64,000 bases of DNA, from the NCBI RefSeq assembly GCF_009914755.1, contig NC_060937.1. One strand, 5' to 3'. The notes beneath the pieces were generated by a model. The model saw only the letters and a list, made by a program, of their open reading frames with translations. It ran no database searches and was not told where the DNA came from. The DNA is from the human T2T-CHM13v2.0 reference genome, Homo sapiens. Shown here in pieces: positions 31,401 to 46,509 of this stretch. The stretch's first letter is position 1, and the number at the start of each line of letters is the position of its first letter. The position numbers and the translations under genes are program-made.

Positions 31401-34400
31401 AATATCAAAGTACCCAAAGCATGTATTATATACTGTATATAAAATATGAAAGTACATCAAAAATATATTTTATTCTGTACATAAAATATCAAAGTACACC
31501 AGATATATATTCTATAGTGTACATAAAATAACAAAGTACAAAAACTATAAATTATATACTGTACATAAAATATGAAATTACATCAAATACATATTAGGTA
31601 CATAAAATATGAAAGTACATCAAATATAGATTATATACTGTACAAAAAATATCAATGTACCCCAAATATATATTTTATACTCTACATGAAATATCAAAGT
31701 TCACAAACCATATATTATATACTGTACATAAAATATCAAAGTACCCAAGGTATATATTCTATACTGTACAAAAAATATCAAAGTACCCAAAGCATGTATT
31801 ACAAACTGTACATAAAATATGAAAGTACATCAAATATATATTTTATTCTGTACAGAAAATATCAACGTACACCAGATATATATTCTATAGTGTACATAAA
31901 ATATCAAAGTACCCAAACTATACATTATATACTGTACATAAAATATGAAATTACATCAAATATATATTAGGTACATAAAATATGAAAGTACATCAAATAT
32001 AGATTATATACTGTACATAAAATATCAAAGTACCCCAAATATATATTATATACTCTACATGAAATATCAAAGTTCACAAACTATATATTATATACTGTAC
32101 ATAAAATATCAAAGTACCCAAGGTATATATTCTATACTGTACAAAAAATATCAAAGTACCCAAATCATGTATTATATACTGTATATAAAATATGAAAGTA
32201 CATCAAATATATATTTTATTCTGTACATAAAATATCAAAGTACACCAGATATATATTCTATAGTGTACATAAAACAACAAAGTACAAAAACTATATATTA
32301 TATACTGTACATAAAATATGAAATTACATCAAATACATATTAGGTACATAAAATATGAAAGTACATCAAATATAGATTATATACTGTGCATAAAATATCA
32401 ATGTACCCCAAATACATATTTTATACTCTACATGAAATATCAAAGTTCACAAACCATATCTTATATACTGTACATAAAATATCAAAGTACTCTCGGTATA
32501 TATTCTATACTGTACAAAAAACATCGAAGTACCCAAAGCATGTATTATATACTGTACATAAAATATGAAAGTACATCAAATATATATTTTATTCTGTACA
32601 TAAAATATCAAAGTACACCAGATATATATTCTATAGAGTACATAAAATATCAAAGTACCCAAACTATACATTATATACTGTACATAAAATATGAAATTAC
32701 ATCAAATATATATTATATTAGGTACATAAAATATGAAAGTACATCAAATATAGATTATATACTGTACATTAAATACCAAAGTACACCAAATATATATTTT
32801 ATACTGTACATGAAATATCAAAGTTCACACACTATATATTATATACTTTACATAAAATATCAAAGTACCCAAGGTATATATTCTATACTGTACAAAAAAT
32901 ATCAAAGTACCCAAAGCATGTATTACAAACTGTACATAAAATATGAAAGTACCTCAAATATATATTTTATTCTGTACATAAAATATCAAAGTACACCAGA
33001 TATATATTCTATAGTGTACATAAAATACCAAAGTACCCAAACTATACATTATATACTGTACATAAAATATGAAATTACATCAAATATATATTATATTAGG
33101 TACATAAAATATGAAAGTACATCAAATATAGATTATATACTGTACATAAAATATCAAAGTACCCCAAATATATATTATATACTCTACATGAAATATCAAA
33201 GTTCACAAACTATATATTATATGCTGTACATAAAATAACAAAGTACCCAAGGTATATATTCTATACTGCACAAAATTCAAAGTACCCAAAGCATGTATTA
33301 TATACTGTATATAAAATATGAAAGTACATCAAATATATATTTTATTCTGTACATAATATATCAAAGTACACCAGATATATATTCTATAGTGTACATAAAA
33401 TAACAAAGTACACAAACTATAAATTATATACTGTACGTAAAATATGAAATTACATCAAATATATATTAGGTACATAATATATGAAAGTACATCAAATATA
33501 GATTATATACTGTACATAAAATATCAACGTACCCCAAATATATATTTTATACTCTACATGAAATATCAAAGTTCACAAACCATATATTGTATACTGTACA
33601 TAAAATATCAAAGTACCCAAGGTATGTATTCTATACTGCACAAAAAATATCAAAGTACCCAAAGCATGTATTATATACTGTACATAAAATATGAAAGTAC
33701 ATCAAATATATATTTTATTCTGTACATAAAATATCAAAGTACAACAGATATATATTCTATAGTGTACATAAAATATAAAAGTACCCAAACTATACATTAT
33801 ATAGTGTACATAAAATATGAAATTACATCAAATATATATTATATTAGGTACATAAAATATGAAAGTACATCAAATATAGATTATATACTGTACATTAAGT
33901 ACCAAAGTACCCCAAATATATATTTTATACTGTACATGAAATATCAAAGTTCACAAACTATATATTATATACTGTACATAAAATATCAAAGTACCCAAGG
34001 TATATATTCTATACTGTACATAAAATATCAAAGTACCCAAAGCATGTATTATGAACTGTACATAAAATATGAAAGTACATCAAATATATATTTTATTCTG
34101 TACATAAAATATCAAAGTACACCAGATATATATTCTATTGTGTACATACAATATCAAAGTACCCAAACTATACATTATATACTGTACATAAAATATGAAA
34201 TTACATCAAATATATATTATATACTGTACATAAAATATGAAAGTACATCAAATATAGATTATATACTGTACATAAAATATCAAAGTTCCCCAAATATATA
34301 TTATATACTCTACATGAAATATCAAAGTTCACAAACTATATATTATATACTGTACATAAAATATCAAAGTACCCAAGGTATATATTCTATACTGCACAAA

Positions 34401-37400
34401 AAATATCAAAGTACCCAAAGCATGTATTATATACTGTATCTAAAATATGAAAGTACATCAAATATATATTTTATTCTGTACATAAAATATCAAAGTACAC
34501 CAGATATATATTCTATAGTGTACATAAAATAACAAAGTACACAAACTATAAATTATATACTGTACATAAAATATGAAATTACATCAAATATATACTCGGT
34601 ACATAAAATATGAAAGTACATCAAATATAGATTATATACTGTACATAAAATATCAATGTACCCCAAATATATATTTTATACTCTACATGAAATATCAAAG
34701 TTCACAAACCATATATTATATACTGTACATAAAATATCAAAGTACCCAAGGTATGTATTCTATACTGTACAAAAAATATCAAAGTACCCAAAGCATGTAT
34801 TATATACTGTACATAAAATATGAAAGTACATCAAATATATATTTTATTCTGTACAAAAAATATCAAAGTACACAAGACATATATTCTATAGTGTACATAA
34901 AATATCAAAGTACCCAAACTATACATTATATACTGTACATAAAATATGAAATTACATCAAATATATTTTATATTAGGTACATAAAATATGAAAGTACATC
35001 AAATATAGATTATATACGGTACATTAAATACCAAAGTACCCCAAATATATATTTTATACTGTACATGAAATATCAAAGTTCACAAACTATATATTATATA
35101 CTGTACATATAATATCAAAGTACCCGAGGTATATATTCTATACTGTACAAAAAATATCAAAGTACCAAAAGCATGTATTATATACTGTACCTAAAATATG
35201 AAAGTACATCAAATATATATTTTATTCTGTACATAAAATATCAAAGTACACCAGATATATATTCTATAGTGTACATAAAATATCAAAGTACCCAAACTAT
35301 ACATTATATACTGTACATAAAATATGAAATTACATCAAATATATATTAGGTACATAAAATATGAAAGTACATCAAATATAGATTATATACTGTACATAAA
35401 ATATCAAAGTACCCCAAATATATATTATATACTGTACATGAAATATCAAAGTTCACAAACTATATATTATATACTGTACATAAAATATCAAAGTACCCAA
35501 GGTATATATTCTGTACTGTACAAAAAATATCAAAGTACCCAAAGCATGTATTATATACTGTATATAAAATATGAAAGTACATCAAATATATATTTTATTC
35601 TGTACATAAAATATCAAAGTACACCAGATATATATTCTATAGTGTACATAAAATAACAAAGTACAAAAACTATAAATTATATACTGTACATAAAATATGA
35701 AATTACATCAAATACATATTTGGTACATAAAATATGAAAGTACATCAAATATAGATTATATACTGTACATAAAATATCAATGTACCCCATATATATATTT
35801 TATACTCTACATGAAATATCAAAGTTCACAAACCATATATTATATACTGTACATAAAATATCAAAGTACCCAATGTATATATTCTATACTGTACAAAAAA
35901 TATCAAAGTACCCAAAGCATGTATTATATACTGTACATAAAATATGAAAGTTCATCAAATATATATTTTATTCTGTACATAAAATATCAAAGTACACCAG
36001 ATATATATTCTATAGTGTACATAAAATATCAAAGTACCCAAACTATACATTATATACTGTACTTAAAATATGAAATTACATCAAATATATATTAGGTACA
36101 TAAAATATGAAAGTACATCAAATATAGATTATATACTGTACATATAATATCAATGTACCCCAAATATATATTTTATACTCTACATGAAATATCAAAGTTC
36201 ACAACCATACATTATATACTGTACATAAAATATCAAAGTACCCAAGGTATATATTCTATACTGAACAAAAAATATCAAAGTACCCAAAGCATGTATTGTA
36301 TACTGTATATAAAATATGAAAGTACATCAAATATATATTTTATTCTGTACATATAATATCAAAGTACACCAGATATGTATTCTATAGTGTACATAAAATA
36401 TCAAAGTACCCAAACTATACATTATATACTGTACATAAAATACGAAATTACATCAAATATATATTAGGTACATAAAATATGAAAGAACATCAAATATAGA
36501 TTATATACTGTACATAAAATATCAAAGTACCCCAAATATATATTATATACTGTATATGAAATATTAAAGTTCACAAACTATATATTATATACTGTACATA
36601 AAATATCAAAGTACTCAAGGTATATATTCTGTACTGTACAAAAAATATCAAAGTACCCAAAGCATGTATTATATACTGTATATAAAATAAGAAAGTACAT
36701 CAAATATATATTTTATTCTGTACATAAAATATCAAAGTACACCAGATATATATTCTATAGTGTACATAAAATAACAAAGTACAAAAACTATACATTATAT
36801 ACTGTACATAAAATATGAAATTACATCAAATATATATTATATTAGGTACATAAAATATGAAAGTACATCAAATATAGGTTATATACTGTACATTAAATAC
36901 CAAAGTACCCCAAATATATATTTTATACTGTACATGAAATATCAAAGTTCACAAACTATATATTATATGCTGTACATATAATGTCAAAGTACCCAAGGTA
37001 AATATTCTATACTGTACAAAAAATAACAAAGTACCAAAAGCATGTATTATATACTGTACCTAAAATATAAAAGTACATCAAATATATATTTTATTCTGTA
37101 CATAAAATATCAAAGTACACCAGATATATATTCTATAGAGTACATAAAATATCAAAGTACCCAAACTATACATTATATACTGTACATAAAATATGAAATT
37201 ACATCAAATATATATTATATTAGGTACATAAAATATGAAAGTACATCAAATATAGATTATATACTGTACATTAAATACCAAAGTACACCAAATATATATT
37301 TTATACTGTACATGAAATATCAAAGTTCACACACTATATATTATATACTTTACATAAAATATCAAAGTACCCAAGGTATATATTCTATACTGTACAAAAA

Positions 37401-40400
37401 ATATCAAAGTACCCAAAGCATGTATTACAAACTGTACATAAAATATGAAAGTACCTCAAATATATATTTTATTCTGTACATAAAATATCAAAGTACACCA
37501 GATATATATTCTATAGTGTACATAAAATACCAAAGTACCCAAACTATACATTATATACTGTACATAAAATATGAAATTACATCAAATATATATTATATTA
37601 GGTACATAAAATATGAAAGTACATCAAATATAGATTATATACTGTACATAAAATATCAAAGTACCCCAAATATATATTATATACTCTACATGAAATATCA
37701 AAGTTCACAAACTATATATTATATGCTGTACATAAAATAACAAAGTACCCAAGGTATATATTCTATACTGCACAAAATTCAAAGTACCCAAAGCATGTAT
37801 TATATACTGTATATAAAATATGAAAGTACATCAAATATATATTTTATTCTGTACATAATATATCAAAGTACACCAGATATATATTCTATAGTGTACATAA
37901 AATAACAAAGTACACAAACTATAAATTATATACTGTACGTAAAATATGAAATTACATCAAATATATATTAGGTACATAATATATGAAAGTACATCAAATA
38001 TAGATTATATACTGTACATAAAATATCAACGTACCCCAAATATATATTTTATACTCTACATGAAATATCAAAGTTCACAAACCATATATTGTATACTGTA
38101 CATAAAATATCAAAGTACCCAAGGTATGTATTCTATACTGCACAAAAAATATCAAAGTACCCAAAGCATGTATTATATACTGTACATAAAATATGAAAGT
38201 ACATCAAATATATATTTTATTCTGTACATAAAATATCAAAGTACACCAGATATATATTCTATAGTGCACATAAAATATAAAAGTACCCAAACTATACATT
38301 ATATACTGTACATAAAATATGAAATTACATCAAATATATTTTATATTAGGTACATAAAATATGAAAGTACATCAAATATAGATTATATACGGTACATTAA
38401 ATACCAAAGTACCCCAAATATATATTTTATACTGTACATGAAATATCAAAGTTCACAAACTATATATTATATACTGTACATATAATATCAAAGTACCCGA
38501 GGTATATATTCTATACTGTACAAAAAATATCAAAGTACCAAAAGCATGTATTATATACTGTACCTAAAATATGAAAGTACATCAAATATATATTTTATTC
38601 TGTACATAAAATATCAAAGTACACCAGATATATATTCTATAGTGTACATAAAATATCAAAGTACCCAAACTATACATTATATACTGTACATAAAATATGA
38701 AATTACATCAAATATATATTAGGTACATAAAATATGAAAGTACATCAAATATAGATTATATACTGTACATAAAATATCAAAGTACCCCAAATATATATTA
38801 TATACTGTACATGAAATATCAAAGTTCACAAACTATATATTATATACTGTACATAAAATATCAAAGTACCCAAGGTATATATTCTGTACTGTACAAAAAA
38901 TATCAAAGTACCCAAAGCATGTATTATATACTGTATATAAAATATGAAAGTACATCAAATATATATTTTATTCTGTACATAAAATATCAAAGTACACCAG
39001 ATATATATTCTATAGTGTACATAAAATAACAAAGTACAAAAACTATAAATTATATACTGTACATAAAATATGAAATTACATCAAATACATATTTGGTACA
39101 TAAAATATGAAAGTACATCAAATATAGATTATATACTGTACATAAAATATCAATGTACCCCATATATATATTTTATACTCTACATGAAATATCAAAGTTC
39201 ACAAACCATATATTATATACTGTACATAAAATATCAAAGTACCCAATGTATATATTCTATACTGTACAAAAAATATCAAAGTACCCAAAGCATGTATTAT
39301 ATACTGTACATAAAATATGAAAGTTCATCAAATATATATTTTATTCTGTACATAAAATATCAAAGTACACCAGATATATATTCTATAGTGTACATAAAAT
39401 ATCAAAGTACCCAAACTATACATTATATACTGTACTTAAAATATGAAATTACATCAAATATATATTAGGTACATAAAATATGAAAGTACATCAAATATAG
39501 ATTATATACTGTACATATAATATCAATGTACCCCAAATATATATTTTATACTCTACATGAAATATCAAAGTTCACAACCATACATTATATACTGTACATA
39601 AAATATCAAAGTACCCAAGGTATATATTCTATACTGTACAAAAAATATCAAAGTACCCAAAGCATGTATTGTATACTGTATATAAAATATGAAAGTACAT
39701 CAAATATATATTTTATTCTGTACATATAATATCAAAGTACACCAGATATGTATTCTATAGTGTACATAAAATATCAAAGTACCCAAACTATACATTATAT
39801 ACTGTACATAAAATACGAAATTACATCAAATATATATTACGTACATAAAATATGAAAGAACATCAAATATAGATTATATACTGTACATAAAATATCAAAG
39901 TACCCCAAATATATATTATATACTGTATATGAAATATTAAAGTTCACACACTATATATTATATACTGTACATAAAATATCAAAGTACTCAAGGTATATAT
40001 TCTGTACTGTACAAAAAATATCAAAGTACCCAAAGCATGTATTATATACTGTATATAAAATAAGAAAGTACATCAAATATATATTTTATTCTGTACATAA
40101 AATATCAAAGTACACCAGATATATATTCTATAGTGTACATAAAATAACAAAGTACAAAAACTATACATTATATACTGTACATAAAATATGAAATTACATC
40201 AAATATATATTATATTAGGTACATGAAATATGAAAGTACATCAAATATAGGTTATATACTGTACATTAAATACCAAAGTACCCCAAATATATATTTTATA
40301 CTGTACATGAAATATCAAAGTTCACAAACTATATATTATATGCTGTACATATAATGTCAAAGTACCCAAGGTAAATATTCTATACTGTACAAAAAATAAC

Positions 40401-43400
40401 AAAGTACCAAAAGCATGTATTATATACTGTACCTAAAATATAAAAGTACATCAAATATATATTTTATTCTGTACATAAAATATCAAAGTACACCAGATAT
40501 ATATTCTATAGTGTACATAAAATATCAAAGTATCCAAACTATACATTATATACTGTACATAAAATATGAAATTACATCAAATATATATTATATTAGGTAC
40601 ATAAAATATGAAAGTACATCAAATATAGATTATATACTCTACATAAAATATCAAAGCACCCCAAATATATATTATATACTCTACAGGAAATATCAAAGTT
40701 CACACACTATATATTATATACTGTACATAAAATATCAAAGTACCCAAGGTATATATTCTATACTGTACAAAAAATATCAAAGTACCCAAAGCATGTATTA
40801 TATACTGTATATAAAATATGAAAGTACATCAAATATATATTTTATACTGTACATAAAATATCAAAGTACACCAGGTATATATTCTATAGTGTTCATAAAA
40901 TATCAAAGTACCCAAACTATACATTATATACTGTACATACAATATGAAATTACATCAAATATATATTAGGTACATAAAATATGAAAGTACATCAAATATA
41001 GATTATATACTGTACATAAAATATCAAAGTACCCCAAATATATATTATATACTGTATATGAAATATCAAAGTTCACAAACTATATATTATATACTGTACA
41101 TAAAATATCAAAGTACCCAAGGTATATATTCTATACTGTACAAAAAATATGAAAGTACCCAATGCATGTATTATATACTGTACATAAAATATGAAAGTAC
41201 ATCAAATATATATTTTATTCTGTACATAAAATATCAAAGTACACCAGATATATATTCTATAGAGTACATAAAATATCAAAGTACCCAAACTATACATTAT
41301 ATACTGTACATAAAATATGAAATTACATCAAATATATATTATATTAGGTACATAAAATATGAAAGTACATCAAATATAGATTATATACTGTACATAAAAT
41401 ACCAAAGTACCGCAAGTATATATTTTATACTGTACATGAAATATCAAAGTTCACAAACTATATATTATATACTGTACATATAATATCAAAGTACCCAAGG
41501 TATATATTCTATACTGTACAAAAAATATCAAAGTACCAAAAGCATGTATTATATACTGTACCTAAAATATGAAAGTACATCAAATATATATTTTATTCTG
41601 TACATAAAATATCAAAGTACACCAGATATATATTCTATAGTGTACATAAAATATCAAAGTACCCAAACTATACATTATATACTGTACATAAAATATGAAA
41701 TTACATCAAATATATATTATATTAGGTACATAAAATATGAAAGTACATCAAATATAGATTATATACTGTACATTAAATACCAAAGTACCGCAAATATATA
41801 TTTTATACTGTACATGAAATATCAAAGTTCACAAACTATATATTATATACTGTACATATAATATCAAAGTACCCAAGGTATATATTCTATACTGTACAAA
41901 AAATAACAAAGTACCAAAAGCATGTATTATATACTGTACCTAAAATATGAAAGTACATCAAATATATATTTTATTCTGTACATAAAATATCAAAGTACAC
42001 CAGATATATATTCTATAGTGTACATAAAATATCAAAGTACCCAAACTATAAATTATATACTGTACATAAAATATGAAATTACATCAAATATATATTATAT
42101 TAGGTACATAAAATATGAAAGTACATCAAATATAGATTATATACTCTACATAAAATATCAAAGTACCCCAAATATATATTATATACTCTACATGAAATAT
42201 CAAAGTTCACAAACTATATATTATATACTGTACATAAAATATCAAAGTACCCAAGGTATATATTCTATACTGCACAAAAAATATCAAAGTACCCAAAGCA
42301 TGTATTATATACTGTATATAAAATATGAAAGTACATCAAATATATATTTTATTCTGTACATAAAATATCAAAGTACACCAGATATATATTCTATAGTGTA
42401 CATAAAATAACAAAGTACACAAACTATAAATTACATACTGTACATAAAATATGAAATTACATCAAATATATATTAGGTACATAAAATATGAAAGTACATC
42501 AAATATAGATTATATACTGTACATAAAATATCAATGTACCCCAAATATATATTTTATACTCTACATGAAATATCAAAGTTCACAAACCATATATTATATA
42601 CTGTACATAAAATATCAAAGTACACAAGGTATATATTCTATACTGTACAAAAAATATCAAAGTACCCAAAGCATGTATTATATACTGTACATAAAATATG
42701 AAAGTACATCAAATATATATTTTATTCTGTACATATAATATCAAAGTACACCAGATATATATTCTATAGTGTACATAAAATATCAAAGTACCCAAACTAT
42801 ACATTATATACTGTACATAAAATATGAAATTACATCAAATATATATTATATTAGGTACATAAAATATGAAAGTACATCAAATATAGATTATATACTGTAC
42901 ATAAAATATCAAAGTACCCCAAATATATATTATATACTGTATATGAAATATCAAAGTTCACAAACTATATATTATATACTGTACATAAAATATCAAAGTA
43001 CCCAAGGTATATATTCTAAACTGTACAAAAAATATCAAAGTACCCAAAGCATGTATTATATACTGTACATAAAATATGAAAGTACATCAAATATATATTT
43101 TATTCTGTACATAAAATATCAAAGTACACCAGATATATATTCTATAGTGTACATAAAATATCAAAGTACCCAAACTATACATTATATACTGTACATAAAA
43201 TATGAAATTACATCAAATATATATTATATTAGGTACATAAAATATGAAAGTACATCAAATATAGATTATATACTGTACATTAAATACCAAAGTACCGCAA
43301 ATATATATTTTATACTGTACATGAAATATCAAAGTTCACAAACTATATATTATATACTGTACATATAATATCAAAGTACCCAAGGTATATATTCTATACT

Positions 43401-45400
43401 GTACAAAAAATAACAAAGTACCAAAAGCATGTATTATATACTGTACCTAAAATATGAAAGTACATCAAATATATATTTTATTCTGTACATAAAATATCAA
43501 AGTACACCAGATATATATTCTATAGTGTACATAAAATATCAAAGTACCCAAACTATAAATTATATACTGTACATAAAATATGAAATTACATCAAATATAT
43601 ATTATATTAGGTACATAAAATATGAAAGTACATCAAATATAGATTATATACTCTACATAAAATATCAAAGTACCCCAAATATATATTATATACTCTACAG
43701 GAAATATCAAATTTCACACACTATATATTTTATACTGTACATAAAATATCAAAGTACCCAAGGTATATATTCTATACTGTACAAAAAATATCAAAGTACC
43801 CAAAGCATGTATTATATACTGTATATAAAATATGAAAGTACATCAAATATATATTTTATACTGTACATAAAATATCAAAGTACACCAGATATATATTCTA
43901 TAGTGTTCATAAAATATCAAAGTACCCAAACTATACATTATATACTGTACATAAAATATGAAATTACATCAAATATATATTAGGTACATAAAATATGAAA
44001 GTACATCAAATATAGATTATATACTGTACATAAAATATCAAAGTACCCCAAATATATATTATATACTGTATATGAAATATCAAAGTTCACAAACTATATA
44101 TTATATACTGTACATAAAATATCAAAGTACCCAAACTATACATTATATACTGTACATAAAATATGAAATTACATCAAATATATTTTATATTAGGTACATA
44201 AAATATGAAAGTACATCAAATATAGATTATATACTGTACATTAAATACCAAAGTACCCCAAATATATATTTTATACTGTACATGAAATATCAAAGTTCAC
44301 AAACTATATATTATATACTGTACATATAATATCAAATTACCCAAGGTATATATTCTATACTGTACAAAAAATAACAAAGTACCAAAAGCATGTATTATAT
44401 ACTGTACCTAAAATATGAAAGTACATCAAATATATATTTTATTCTGTACATAAAATATCAAAGTACACCAGATATATATTCTATAGTGTACATAAAATAT
44501 CAAAGCACCCAAACTATACATTATATACTGTACATAAAATATGAAATTACATCAAATATATTTTATATTAGGTACATAAAATATGAAAGTACATCAAATA
44601 TAGATTATATACTGTACATTAAATACCAAAGTACCCCAAATATATATTTTATACTGTACATGAAATATCAAAGTTCACAAACTATATATTATATACTGTA
44701 CATATAATATCAAAGTACCCAAGGTATATATTCTATACTGTACAAAAAATAACAAAGTACCAAAAGCATGTATTATATACTGTACCTAAAATATGAAAGT
44801 ACATCAAATATATATTTTATTCTGTACATAAAATATCAAAGTACACCAGATATATATTCTATAGTGTACATAAAATATCAGAGTACCCAAACTATACATT
44901 ATATACTGTACATAAAATATGAAATTACATCAAATATATTTTATATTAGGTACATAAAATATGAAAGTACATCAAATATAGATTATATACTGTACATTAA
45001 ATACCAACGTACCCCAAATATATATTTTATACTGTACATGAAATATCAAAGTTCACAAACTATATATTATATACTGTACATATAATATCAAAGTACCCAA
45101 GGTATATATTCTGTACTGTACAAAAAATAACAAAGTACCAAAAGCATGTATTATATACTGTACCTAAAATATGAAAGTACATCAAATATATATTTTATTC
45201 TGTACATAAAATATCAAAGTACACCAGATATATATTCTATAGTGTACATAAAATATCAAAGTACCCAAACTATACATTATATACTGTACATAAAATATGA
45301 AATTACATCAAATATATATTATATTAGGTACATAAAATATGAAAGTACATCAAATATCGATTATATACTGTACATAAAATATGAAGGTACCCCAAATATA
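25400..45400 (+). repeat. HOR subfamily domain type I (second block)
   Basis: The 373-bp variant reappears at about 25560 and is last seen at about 43980; type II markers were not seen. Confidence 0.8.
32630..40505 (+). repeat. Tandem duplication of a 4502-bp (12-HOR) unit whose second copy lacks 1129 bp
   Basis: ORF pair 33444/37946 and ORF ends 33238/37740 are offset by 4502. Pairs 35324/38697, 35697/39070, 36153/39526 and 37042/40415 are offset by 3373. Translations are near-identical. Confidence 0.88.
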
Positions 45401-46509
45401 TATTATATACTCTACATGAAATATCAAACTTCACAAACTATATATTATATACTGTACATAAAATATCAAAGTACCCAAGGTATATATTCTATACTGTGCA
45501 AAAAATAACAAATTACCAAAAGCATGTATAATATACTGTACATAAAATATGAAAGTACATCAAATATATATTTTATTCTGTACATAAAATATCAAAGTAT
45601 ACCAATATACATTCTATACTGTACATAAAATATCAAAGTCCCCAAACTATGCATTACATACTGTATATAAAATATGAAATTACATCAAATATATATTATA
45701 TTAGGTACATAAAATATGAAAGTACATCAAATATAGATTATATACTGTACATAAAATATCAAAGTACCCAAATATATATTATATACTGTACATGAATTAT
45801 CAAAGTTCAAAAACTATATATTATATACTGTACATAAAATATCAAAGTACCCAAGGTATATATTCTATACTGTACAAAAAATATCAAAGTACCCAAAGCA
45901 TGTATTATATACTGTACATTAAATATGAAAGTACATCAAATACATATTTTATACTGTACATAAAATATCAAAGTACACCAAATATGTATTCTATAGTGTA
46001 CATAAAATATCAAATTACCCAAACTATACATTACATACTGTACATAAAATATGAAATTACATCAAATATATATTATATTAGGTATATAAAATATGAAAGT
46101 ACCACAAATATAGATTTTATACTGTACATAAAATATCAAAGTACCCCAAATATATATTTTATACTGTACATGAAATATCAAAGTTCACAAACTATATATT
46201 ATATACTGTACATAAAATATAAAAATACTCAAGCTATATATTCTATACTGTACAAAAAATATCAAAGTACCCAAAGGATGTATTATATGCTGTACATAAA
46301 ATATGAAAGTACATCAAATATATATTTTATTCTGTACATAAAGTATCAAAGTACACCAAATATATATTCTATACTGTTCATAAAATATCAAAGTACCCAA
46401 ACTATACATTATATACTGTATATAAAATATGAAATTATATCAAATATATATTATATTAGGTACATAAAATATGAAAGTACATCAAATATAGATTATATAC
46501 TCTACATAA

